This document shows, in pieces, positions 55,245 to 63,959 of a stretch of 64,000 nucleotides of DNA. The stretch comes from Gammaproteobacteria bacterium (lineage in GTDB: Bacteria; Pseudomonadota; Gammaproteobacteria; Steroidobacterales; JABDKV01): NCBI GenBank assembly GCA_029862165.1, contig JAOTXU010000004.1:43288-107287 (forward strand). The letters run 5' to 3'. Numbering within the stretch: position 1 is the first letter of the stretch; every line of letters starts with the position of its first letter. A program made the position numbers and the translations under genes. The notes beneath the pieces were generated by a model. That model had not been told where the DNA came from. It was given only the letters and a program-made list of their open reading frames with translations, and made no database searches.

Positions 55245-55277
55245 AAAATACCCGCACTTGTTGCGGGTATTTTTTTG
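55245..55277 (+). terminator. Rho-independent terminator of the second TonB-dependent receptor
   Basis: ATACCCGCA-cttgt-TGCGGGTAT followed by T7. It lies about 25 nt after the stop. Confidence 0.8.
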
Positions 55278-55286
55278 GCCCGTTTC

Positions 55287-56429
55287 TTATTGATCGCTGC
55301 TATCGATCAACAGTTCCAGCGGCAGGCTGTAGTCTACCGAGGCCGGCGCAAGTGCCCGCGCACGGAGCAGGCTGTCTTGAGCCGCAGCGCTCTGACCGGA
55401 TAAATACTGTGTTTTGGCCATCGCAAAGTGTAACCGGTGGTCATCTCCTTTTTTCTTAATCGCGCGTTTTAGCAGCCTGGCCGATTCTTCGAACCTCGAT
55501 TCCGCCAGGGCTTCTTTGCTGAGCATCAACAGATAATAAGGGTTCTTCCGCCGGTAATGTTCGACCTTCCTCTGCAATTCCTCGGCGTCGTCCAGCCTTT
55601 TTTGATACCTGTAAATCGCGTACAGATTATTCATCGCTGAATATTCACGCGGATCGATCTGTAGCGCTGACTTGTGGGACAGTTCCGCTTCGGCCAGTTG
55701 CTTATTGCGCCTGAACACCACGCCGAGATTAATCCACGGGTCCGCCAATTGGGGCGCGGTATTGATGGCTTCAACCATATAGGCATATGCGGTGGCCAGA
55801 TCGTTGTCGATTAAGGCCGCGACGCCCAGATTATTGAAGTACATGGCCTTCCCGTCACGATCCGATAATATCGTAATCCGCGCTTCCGGCCCGACGTGGA
55901 TGCCACTGACATCCAAATGGTAAGTGCGTTTCGGACTCGTCAGTACGACATTGATGTGTTTTCTAATCAGCACGGTATCTTCGCGACTGGTCCATTGCGG
56001 TTGTATGGCTACCTGCTGGTAGTGGGCATCCAGACCCGCCCGCCTTGCCAGTGCGATCACCATATTGGCATGACTAATGCAATTGCCCGAACGGCTGCTG
56101 AAGGTCTCTTCCGCCGTTGAAGTTGCAGAATCGGCATAGTTGAAACCCAATACGCCGTTCTCCGCGACCGCAACTGCCAACAGATCGAGTCGGGTGTCTA
56201 AATTGGGGTACGGCAGGATGTATCGCTCCAGAAATGTTTCCATGGCGGGAGAAACAGCCAACACATTCACATCGGTAATCCGTACGGCAACATCAGTACC
56301 TTGCAACGCTGGCGGCGTGACTTTTATGGTGTGCTGTGTGGCGCAAGCAGAGCATATCAGCGCTATGGCTGACAAAAGAGCGCTTTTGCGGCCGGGTACG
56401 TGGCTGGTGCAGTGGATTGGTAGCTTCAT
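55287..56429 (-). CDS. Exported transglutaminase-like cysteine protease-fold domain + TPR protein
   Basis: Signal peptide 'LLSAIALICSAC', transglutaminase core 'SRSGNCISHANMVIALARRAGLDA', and a C-terminal half with TPR-like repeats ('AEAELSHKSALQIDPRE'). Confidence 0.65.
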   Translation of the reverse strand: MKLPIHCTSHVPGRKSALLSAIALICSACATQHTIKVTPPALQGTDVAVRITDVNVLAVSPAMETFLERYILPYPNLDTRLDLLAVAVAENGVLGFNYADSATSTAEETFSSRSGNCISHANMVIALARRAGLDAHYQQVAIQPQWTSREDTVLIRKHINVVLTSPKRTYHLDVSGIHVGPEARITILSDRDGKAMYFNNLGVAALIDNDLATAYAYMVEAINTAPQLADPWINLGVVFRRNKQLAEAELSHKSALQIDPREYSAMNNLYAIYRYQKRLDDAEELQRKVEHYRRKNPYYLLMLSKEALAESRFEESARLLKRAIKKKGDDHRLHFAMAKTQYLSGQSAAAQDSLLRARALAPASVDYSLPLELLIDSSDQ

Positions 56430-56663
56430 GGCCGAATTCCGGCGAACGGTGTTATAGACAACAGTAACCCATCATAGTTCTTCGCCAAAATCCCTGAACA
56501 AACAGGTATTGTCGGGCCGCCGGTGGCACCGATCGGGCTGCTCAGCGGACATTAAGTAAACTGGCTTAGAATCAATTTCTTGACGTCAATCACATATATA
56601 AGGTGTGCGGTGGGTCAGGATTATGACCTGTCGGCAAGCTTTCTTAACGACCAGCAAAACGAA

Positions 56664-57881
56664 ATGACGGAAACCAAGGAATTCGACGGTTCAGGAACGA
56701 TGATTCTGGCTCCCAGCGAACTAAAGCTGGGTATGCATGTTTCCTATCTGGATCGACCTTGGGGCGATTCACCATTTCCGTTTCAAGGTTTCAAAATCGA
56801 GACAGAGGCTGAGCTCAAGAAACTAAAAGAAACGTGTGAATACGTTTTTGTTGATGCAGAGAACAGCAACCGAGATTACCAGAGTTACTTTGAAAACCGT
56901 GCCAGCAGCAAACCCGAGGAAGAACCACCGGAACATTCATCAACTCAAACTATATTGCTGCCAACCGAGGAGGAATTCCCGGCGGCGCGGGCGGTGCACG
57001 CGGAGCTGCGTCACGCAATGATTGAATGTTATAACGAGTCAAGCGCAGGCAGGCCCCCAAGCCTAACGCGTCTGGAACGCTCAGCGCGCGCTGTAATCCA
57101 TAGCGTCAAACGTGCGCCGGATGCCTTACTGTATTTTGTGCGCACGCAGACGGAGGGCGATTATTTATATCGCCACGGAGTCGCATGTTCAATCATGCTC
57201 TGCGTCCTCGGTCACAGCATGGGTAAGTCATTTCAATCACTCAAACAGCTGACTATCGGCGGTGCGCTGCTGGATATCGGCAAGACGCGGGTCTCCAAAG
57301 AACTGCTCAATCGCCCCAGAGCTACACAACTCACTCCCGGAGAACTACAACAGCTCAAGCGACATGTCGAACGCGGCGCCGAGATCATATCGCAAGTTAC
57401 TTCCGAAGGCGGGCCCATCGTGACAATGATCATGTCGCATCACGAACGTCATAATGGTTCAGGTTATCCACGCAAGCTGGCTGGTAGTCACATCTCGCAA
57501 TTTGGCAAGATGGCAGCTATTGTCGACATGTTCGATGCAATGATCAGCGAACGTTCCTATGGTCGGCGGGCCACAGCCTATGAGGCAATGCGCCACATAA
57601 AGGCACAACGAGATCAAGACTTCGAGGCATCGCTGGTCGATGCATTCCAGGAAGCTTTTGGTACTTACCCCACTGGATCGCTGGTGCAATTATCCACCGG
57701 CGAAGTTGGAATAGTGATTCAGCAGACGGGTTCCAGACTACAGCCCCGTGTCTATCTGCTGTTGGATACCGAAAAAAAGCGTAAGTGCGAATTCCAGGTT
57801 ATCAACCTAAACGAAAAAGAACACCGACAAACCGTAATCGAGAAATGTTTGAAAGCCGGCAGCTACGGCGTCGATTACTAG
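56664..57881 (+). CDS. DUF3391 + HD-GYP domain protein with non-canonical 'LD' in place of the HD dyad
   Basis: 'LKLGMHVSYLDRPWGDSPFPFQGFKI' is DUF3391-like. HD-GYP is marked by 'HHERHNGSGYPRKL' and 'IVDMFDAMISERSY'. The position aligned with 'LHDIGK' reads 'LLDIGK' (CTG GAT at 57270-57275). ATG at 56664. Confidence 0.85.
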   Translation: MTETKEFDGSGTMILAPSELKLGMHVSYLDRPWGDSPFPFQGFKIETEAELKKLKETCEYVFVDAENSNRDYQSYFENRASSKPEEEPPEHSSTQTILLPTEEEFPAARAVHAELRHAMIECYNESSAGRPPSLTRLERSARAVIHSVKRAPDALLYFVRTQTEGDYLYRHGVACSIMLCVLGHSMGKSFQSLKQLTIGGALLDIGKTRVSKELLNRPRATQLTPGELQQLKRHVERGAEIISQVTSEGGPIVTMIMSHHERHNGSGYPRKLAGSHISQFGKMAAIVDMFDAMISERSYGRRATAYEAMRHIKAQRDQDFEASLVDAFQEAFGTYPTGSLVQLSTGEVGIVIQQTGSRLQPRVYLLLDTEKKRKCEFQVINLNEKEHRQTVIEKCLKAGSYGVDY

Positions 57882-57899
57882 CCGGACCGCTTTACGACG

Positions 57900-59000
57900 T
57901 CACCCGATAGGGTCGCGAAATACCTTACGCAGACACTCCTGAAAATGATGTACACAAGCTTCGCGTGCGACCGACAGACGCCCCTGTTCGTAAGACCCTG
58001 AAGCCAGACCACGCTGTACCTGTTCACAGATCGTGCCGTCCTGTTGCTGCACCAGATCTCCAAAACGCAGATCTTCATCTATCTGCACGCGGGCGCTGTC
58101 TGATTCGGTATCGGTATAGTAATAATCGAAGTCGACACGGCATCGATTGTGCGCTAAAGGGATAACTACGTTGGTCTGTAGCCGGCCGGGCAGGATATTG
58201 AGCATCGTGTTCGGAAAAATAAAATAGTAATACGCCGCACCAGCACTGTAGGCAGACGTGGCTGATTCGATATTGCTGTATTGGAGCGAATAACCGTCAA
58301 GGATCTCGGTCTTATAGTCGCGATAGTCGAGTATGTCTGCCAGCTCGGGATGTACCTGGGGGATGTGATAACCCTCCAGATAGTTGTCCACATACACTTT
58401 CCAGTTACAGTCAATGGTATAACTGACACTGGTGTGGAATGTTTGATTGCCCAGCTGTTGTGGGCTGATTCGTGCATCGATTTCACGCATCACCCGGTCA
58501 ATATCAGTGCCATTAGCACGATTCGTGTTTGATTGTCGTACAAACAGTAGTGACTCTGTAATGTGCGATTCAATGCCGTGCAGTCCGTGTGAACCGCGGT
58601 TAAAACCGGCCACTTCGCCCAGTTCTGGCGTGTGACGCAGCGTGCCATCAAGCCCATAGACCCAGCCATGATAACGGCACCGGAACAACGAGCATTGACC
58701 ACGGCCGGCGGCCACCGGACCGGCGCGATGCCGGCAAACGTTGTAAAACGAGTTGATGCGTTGATCGCGGTCGCATACTGCAAGCACCGGTGCGCCCGCA
58801 ATGTCGCTGACCAGGAAATCACCTGGGTTAACTAAGCTGCCGACGTGACCCAGTAACTGCCAGGCCGGCCGGAACACCGTGTCCAGCTCCCACGCATGCA
58901 TGCCCGGATCGGTGTACCAGCAAGCCGGTGCCGTCCAGGCCCGCTCGAGTCGGGTAGTCTGTAAATGCTCATCCAGAAGGATTCTTGGCCGCTCAATCAT
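57900..59000 (-). CDS. Rieske [2Fe-2S] non-haem-iron oxygenase, alpha-subunit type
   Basis: Rieske ligands 'CRHRAGPV' and 'CRYHGWVY'. A C-terminal catalytic domain contains 'NYLEGYHIPQVHP'. No reductase or ferredoxin gene is adjacent. Confidence 0.85.
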   Translation of the reverse strand: MIERPRILLDEHLQTTRLERAWTAPACWYTDPGMHAWELDTVFRPAWQLLGHVGSLVNPGDFLVSDIAGAPVLAVCDRDQRINSFYNVCRHRAGPVAAGRGQCSLFRCRYHGWVYGLDGTLRHTPELGEVAGFNRGSHGLHGIESHITESLLFVRQSNTNRANGTDIDRVMREIDARISPQQLGNQTFHTSVSYTIDCNWKVYVDNYLEGYHIPQVHPELADILDYRDYKTEILDGYSLQYSNIESATSAYSAGAAYYYFIFPNTMLNILPGRLQTNVVIPLAHNRCRVDFDYYYTDTESDSARVQIDEDLRFGDLVQQQDGTICEQVQRGLASGSYEQGRLSVAREACVHHFQECLRKVFRDPIG

Positions 59001-59033
59001 TACAGCATTCTAAGAAAAGGGCTCCGTCGCCGC

Positions 59034-59064
59034 AAAAAAAGCCCTCTCCCGACCGGGAGAGGGC
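59034..59064 (-). terminator. Rho-independent terminator of 59084..59836
   Basis: On the minus strand: GCCCTCTCCC-ggtc-GGGAGAGGGC followed by T7. Confidence 0.8.
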
Positions 59065-59083
59065 CTGAACTGCTCGCGATCGT

Positions 59084-59836
59084 TTACTCGCTCATCGACA
59101 TTTCGTCGATCAGTCGATAAATCGTATACGTAGAGCCATGGAAATTTTCGCTAAAGCCACTCAGCATCTCGCCAGCCTTCGCTTCACCGACGTGTTTTGC
59201 CAAAAAGCCTGAAAACCCGCCTTCCGGTCCCTGGAGACCCGCGTAGTCTTTAAAGGGCGTAACGAGATTCAGACCACCGTCGCCCCCAACGGAATTGGAC
59301 CACGACCAGTGACGTGACCAGCCACCGCTTTTCGCGGCCTCACTCAATTCGGTTTTGCTTTTTTCGATCGCCGCAGCACGTCCATTCTTGCTATCGAATG
59401 ACGTCACGCCAAAAAGCTTGTACTCGGAATCATCTTCCGGCCAATTACCGTTCTTGAAATCAATACGGGCAAAATAGTGTTTGTAATCGGCGACATGTGG
59501 ATCGACGTTCTCGTTCCAATGATCGTTCATTTTGTTTTTCTGTGACCAGGCACGATAATCATCCATCCCGGCATAGGTCGTACAACAAAAACGGACGACA
59601 TAAAAGTTCAGGTCATCGCCAACGATAGGTGCATAGGTCTTCCACACACGCGGATCCTTCTTGCGCGCCCGATGCTTCAGGTGGTCCGTGAATGCTTTCT
59701 CGAACTCCTCATCGTGTCCGTCTTTGACGACCACTATCCACGAGTCGGCCAAATCGGCGGGCCGCTCGTCTGCACCAAACACCGGCGCTGCCAGCGCTAA
59801 AGCGATGAAAAACATAAAAATTAGCTTCATTCTCAT
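59084..59836 (-). CDS. Secreted protein of unknown function with an internal two-domain duplication
   Basis: Signal peptide 'FMFFIALALAAPVFG'. Two halves share a pattern ('WIVVVKDGHDEEFEKAF..HL......W.TY.PIVGDDLNFYVV.....YAGMDD' vs 'FGVTSFDSKNGRAAAIEKS...L......WS.S..VGGDGGLNLV.....YAGLQG'). ATG at 59836. Confidence 0.6.
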   Translation of the reverse strand: MRMKLIFMFFIALALAAPVFGADERPADLADSWIVVVKDGHDEEFEKAFTDHLKHRARKKDPRVWKTYAPIVGDDLNFYVVRFCCTTYAGMDDYRAWSQKNKMNDHWNENVDPHVADYKHYFARIDFKNGNWPEDDSEYKLFGVTSFDSKNGRAAAIEKSKTELSEAAKSGGWSRHWSWSNSVGGDGGLNLVTPFKDYAGLQGPEGGFSGFLAKHVGEAKAGEMLSGFSENFHGSTYTIYRLIDEMSMSE

Positions 59837-59976
59837 TTCGAATTCCCCATAAATTAATACACAAACCTGTAGCCGCGACACGCAGCCAGGGTTCAAGCGT
59901 AGTAGACGAATAGCGACTCTGCCATTGTGCCCGGTAGCCTACAAGGCGTTGATAAAACTAGCAAATCCGCTGGTTT

Positions 59977-60924
59977 CTAGCGAGTGATGATGGAAAAATC
60001 CCCAAACTTGTACTCTCGATTGCCGTCGGTCACGACGTAGTCCAGGTGCCCACGGGCAATTTCATCAAATGCGGCCTGCAGATGCAGGAGGTAATCCGCA
60101 CGAAGAGCTGGCTCATTATGACCGGGCATTAACTGATCGACCTCCGTCGACAACGCGGCTAGTCGAGCGGCCGTTTGTCTGTAGGCGTCGAAATCTGAGC
60201 CTTCGAGGTGCGTATACAACGGCGCCGGATAGAATGTGTCGCCGGTGAACAGCAATCGATTTTCTCGATCGATGACACACAAGGCATCTGGCGCGTGTCC
60301 TGGTGTGAACAGAACCTCGAGCTTCCGACCGCCAAGATCGATATGTTCACCGTCGCGGACATATCGATCAATAACAAAAGGCTTTATAGCATAGCTTTCG
60401 GCGTCGAAATCTTCCGGCGTAGGTTTCCAGATCCAACCCGGGGCCACCCCGGCACTGACTTGTGAGTGTTCCAGACCCAGTGCGCGCTTGCGCGTATAAG
60501 ACGTGTCCATTCCCAGGACCTGACCAAAAGCATGATTGCCGCCGATATGATCGTAGTGTGTGTGCGAATTGAGAACTATGATCTCAAGATTGCTAAGCTC
60601 CCGGACTAACTTGTGCATATCGCCTATCCCAAGGCCGGTATCAAACAACAGCGCCGAGTCGGTACCTGCGATGAGGTATGAAATAACTTCTTCAAATTGC
60701 CCCGGCTCATAAATCGCATAGACATCCGGGGAAACCTCATAGACCTCAAACCAGTCCTGCGACTGATCGACTCTGGCAAAACCAGCCCAAGCCTCGCGTG
60801 GCAACGCATGCCACCATTGGTCTTTGCCTGCGCCGCGATTAGTGACCAGTTCGTTGTCTGCGTCGGGACCAGCCTCGCATGCCAACAGACAAAGGCAAAG
60901 TAACATCGAAAGCGAATACTTCAT
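59977..60924 (-). CDS. MBL-fold metallo-hydrolase, probable lipoprotein
   Basis: Lipobox 'LCLLAC'. Metal motif 'LNSHTHYDHIGGN' (HxHxDH) and a later 'TPGHAPD'. ATG at 60924. Confidence 0.8.
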   Translation of the reverse strand: MKYSLSMLLCLCLLACEAGPDADNELVTNRGAGKDQWWHALPREAWAGFARVDQSQDWFEVYEVSPDVYAIYEPGQFEEVISYLIAGTDSALLFDTGLGIGDMHKLVRELSNLEIIVLNSHTHYDHIGGNHAFGQVLGMDTSYTRKRALGLEHSQVSAGVAPGWIWKPTPEDFDAESYAIKPFVIDRYVRDGEHIDLGGRKLEVLFTPGHAPDALCVIDRENRLLFTGDTFYPAPLYTHLEGSDFDAYRQTAARLAALSTEVDQLMPGHNEPALRADYLLHLQAAFDEIARGHLDYVVTDGNREYKFGDFSIITR

Positions 60925-60934
60925 TTCAGGCCTT

Positions 60935-61687
60935 TTAGAAAAATAGCAGTTTGATGATGAATATTGTGAGTACGACATACAGGACAATATGTACAGTGCT
61001 ATCACCCTTGATCGTGGTCGTGCGTGCACCCAGCCAGCCACCAACAGAGTTGCCGATTGCCAGCGACAAACCAACCGCCCAGAGCAACTTTAGTTGCGAT
61101 GCAAAGACAATCAAGGCAGCAACCGTGTAAACCAGCACGATAAAGACTTTGTGCATGTTGACCCGCACCAGGTCCAAACCGAGGACACGGTACAAAATCG
61201 GCATCAGGATAAAACCAACGCCGATCTGGATGAATCCGCCCCAGAGACCGGCGCCAAACATGCAGACATGACCCCAGACCAGACGGGTGCGGGTCAACGC
61301 GACCGGTTGAGAATTCACTGCAGGCTCTGGGGGGCGCGTCCACATCAACACCATGACCGCTATCATGATCAGTGCCAGCGTACGATCAAACCACGGGCCG
61401 GACAGGCGCACACCAATCATGGCGCCGACAATCGCACCAGGAACCGAGGCCATTGCGAGACTAAGACTCAAGCGGAAATCGGAATAGCCATCCCGGAAAA
61501 AAGTCGTAACGGCCGTGATATTCTGCGCCAGAATCGCAATGCGATTAGTGCCGTTGGCGATCGGTCCCGGAATGTCCAGAAATAACATCACGGGAACAGT
61601 CAGCATCGAACCACCACCGGCCATGACGTTGAGCCAGCCGGCGATTACACCAACTCCGGCCAGCAATAAGACCTGCCAGATATCCAC
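60935..61687 (-). CDS. TauE/SafE (DUF81) family anion exporter, copy 2
   Basis: 250 aa, 7-8 TM segments, 'AGWLNVMAGGGSMLTVPVMLF'. Its stop lies 10 nt from the MBL start. Confidence 0.8.
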   Translation of the reverse strand: MDIWQVLLLAGVGVIAGWLNVMAGGGSMLTVPVMLFLDIPGPIANGTNRIAILAQNITAVTTFFRDGYSDFRLSLSLAMASVPGAIVGAMIGVRLSGPWFDRTLALIMIAVMVLMWTRPPEPAVNSQPVALTRTRLVWGHVCMFGAGLWGGFIQIGVGFILMPILYRVLGLDLVRVNMHKVFIVLVYTVAALIVFASQLKLLWAVGLSLAIGNSVGGWLGARTTTIKGDSTVHIVLYVVLTIFIIKLLFF

Positions 61688-61716
61688 CTTGCTCCCAGTT
61701 CCAGTGGCCGGTCAGC

Positions 61717-63048
61717 CTAATCGATTAGCCCGACTGCCGTTTCAATTCCTTCCAGACGCAGACGCATAGCGTCACCAATAAATAGCTGTGGATCAGAAGC
61801 GCTGATGCCTTCTTCTTCTTCGCGTTCCGCAATGTATACGCGCGCATTCTCAAATGCCTCTATCAGCCCCATACCCTGCGCCAAACTTTGCCTGAACAAC
61901 GCATCGGCAAACCAGGTCATCTCGCTCTCCCAATCACAACCGAATGAAGTCTTATCCGCGCTGGCCGCGGTCATGATCAGGGATTGATCATTGGCGAGGG
62001 TCTCAATGAATGAACCGGAATAACAAGCTGAAATCACAATAATACGCCAACGTATTCCGGCCTCATCCAGCGCCTGCTTTAACGACTCCGCCGTAAGCTG
62101 TCGCAATGGCAATGGGCGCAACGACGTGTCCAACCAACCGGCCTGTGAACCGTGAGAGGCTAGATACAGAAAAATTGAGTCCTCGTTTGGATCAATTATC
62201 TGACCGATACCGGCCAGAACATCTTGTAGATTATGCCGACTCGCCAGCGGTTCTGACTGAAGAGTCTCGAGGTTAGTCGACAACAGGACGGATCGATTAG
62301 CCGTACCATAATTTTCGTTAAACCATTGATGCACCCAGCTCACGTCGCGGTGAAACACGGGCTCGTCCGCGTTGCCGGCAAAACCCACGAAATAGATATC
62401 AGCCTGATCGGGGATCTGCGGAAGCAGCGTGTCCAGACGTGTCTGGATCAAGACGTCCTGGTCGCGAAATACTTTCTCAACGTCGACATCGTCGTATGTA
62501 TCCGTATTTCCCGGAACGAAGCTGTAAAACACTGCCGGTGCAATGAAGCGGTGCCAGTCAAAGCTCCAAATGGTCACAGCCAAACCCAGCAATAGGGCAA
62601 TCGTCACGGGCTTCATTGAACGAAAAGCACGTAACGCAACAACCAGCAACATGAAAAAAGCCAGTACTGTCAAGATTGGCCATGCCGCGCCCGGCCAAAA
62701 GCGGAACAAGATAAATGCGATTAACAAAAACCAAGGAGTACTGGCCATAAGCTGAGTCGCAAAAGGGATGGCCGACTCGTTTTGAATTCTCGAGATCACC
62801 AAGATAAGGACAGTCAACAAAAACGCGATCGCTGCCCAACTTGTCACCCCCGACCAAGCGAACATTGTCCGATCCGCGCCAAACGGGTAACTGAGGACGA
62901 TGATCATGCTGACGCACACGAGGGCCAACGCACCAACCTGGTCAAGGCTTGCGGAAAACGCACTTGACGGCGCCATACGCAAGCCCGCCAAAAGATTCTG
63001 TCTCAGTGTCTTGAAGATAGCCGGCCTCCTTCCGGTCCGATCTGCCAT
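61717..63048 (-). CDS. Membrane-anchored peptidase C13 (legumain-like, caspase-fold) family protein
   Basis: About 5 N-terminal TM helices, then the His/Cys dyad contexts 'IFLYLASHGSQ' and 'RIIVISACYSGSF'. I prefer the ATG at 63048 because the track start at 63210 would overlap the divergent gene. Confidence 0.7.
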   Translation of the reverse strand: MADRTGRRPAIFKTLRQNLLAGLRMAPSSAFSASLDQVGALALVCVSMIIVLSYPFGADRTMFAWSGVTSWAAIAFLLTVLILVISRIQNESAIPFATQLMASTPWFLLIAFILFRFWPGAAWPILTVLAFFMLLVVALRAFRSMKPVTIALLLGLAVTIWSFDWHRFIAPAVFYSFVPGNTDTYDDVDVEKVFRDQDVLIQTRLDTLLPQIPDQADIYFVGFAGNADEPVFHRDVSWVHQWFNENYGTANRSVLLSTNLETLQSEPLASRHNLQDVLAGIGQIIDPNEDSIFLYLASHGSQAGWLDTSLRPLPLRQLTAESLKQALDEAGIRWRIIVISACYSGSFIETLANDQSLIMTAASADKTSFGCDWESEMTWFADALFRQSLAQGMGLIEAFENARVYIAEREEEEGISASDPQLFIGDAMRLRLEGIETAVGLID

Positions 63049-63117
63049 CGTCCCGATGAAACTATACTCGGTCGCGTCCGATAACGCGGCATAATCATTG
63101 ACCGCAAAAGCGATGTT

Positions 63118-63942
63118 ATGATGCACCGACAGATGGAGATTCAATGCCCGTCCTGTCAGAGCGCTTATACGGTCTCCGGCCGCCCGGCTGGAACGCCGGT
63201 TAGCTGTCACTGCGGCGAGACTTTCAGTTTCCCGCGTCAGCCTGAATCGGCAACGTTGCTACAGTGTCCTGGCTGTGGTGCCCGAGCCAATCCCGGCGAC
63301 CCCCGGTGTCAATACTGCGACATCCCGCTGCGCAGTGTCTGCTGCCCTTCCTGCTTTGCGATGATGTTTGATAGAGACAAGCACTGTGGTCAATGCGGTG
63401 CCAACGTCATTGCGCCTGCGCTGGCCGTGCACAGGGACGGCGGCACCGGGCTGCCGTGCCCACGTTGCAACATGGGGCTAACTGCCAACCTGGTCGAAAA
63501 CCAACTGTTCGATCGCTGTGACCGTTGCGGTGGCATCTGGGCGCACCATATTGCGATTGAGGGACTAGTAACCCGCTCTCAGCAGAAGCGTTCTGTCCGG
63601 ACATGGTTGCAGGCACTGCCCGCGCCAGCCGGCGGCAGCCAGGACCGTCGTGTGGCCGCCCAATGCCCGGACTGTGAGCAATTCATGGAACAGTACCGTA
63701 TCCCGACTCACAAGAATATCGTCATCGACGCGTGCGGCATGCATGGCGTATGGTTTGATCACCGCGAAATACGCTCGATTGTCGGCGAAGCAAAGCGCAG
63801 GGTTTCCGGCCGTCGTCGACACCAGTATCATCGCGTCAGGAACCGAAGCCAATTTGCCACTTTCCTGGACGACGCTGACGATTGGTGGCCATGGGAGGCG
63901 CTGGAGGAACTATTGGATTTTCTCGAAGATCTTTTTGAATGA
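63118..63942 (+). CDS. Multi-zinc-ribbon protein (N-terminal zinc ribbons + two TFIIB-type zinc-finger domains, acidic tail)
   Basis: CxxC pairs: 'CPSCQ..CHCG', 'CPGCG..CQYC', 'CPSC..CGQCG', 'CPRCN...CDRCGGIWAHH', 'CPDCE...DACGMHGVWFDHREI'. The last two resemble the 'C-x2-C...C-x2-C-G-G-hW-hD' zf-TFIIB-type fold. The C-terminus is 'DDADDWWPWEALEELLDFLEDLFE'. An alternative start is at 63133. Confidence 0.65.
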   Translation: MMHRQMEIQCPSCQSAYTVSGRPAGTPVSCHCGETFSFPRQPESATLLQCPGCGARANPGDPRCQYCDIPLRSVCCPSCFAMMFDRDKHCGQCGANVIAPALAVHRDGGTGLPCPRCNMGLTANLVENQLFDRCDRCGGIWAHHIAIEGLVTRSQQKRSVRTWLQALPAPAGGSQDRRVAAQCPDCEQFMEQYRIPTHKNIVIDACGMHGVWFDHREIRSIVGEAKRRVSGRRRHQYHRVRNRSQFATFLDDADDWWPWEALEELLDFLEDLFE

Positions 63943-63959
63943 ACTCATAGGAGTGGACC

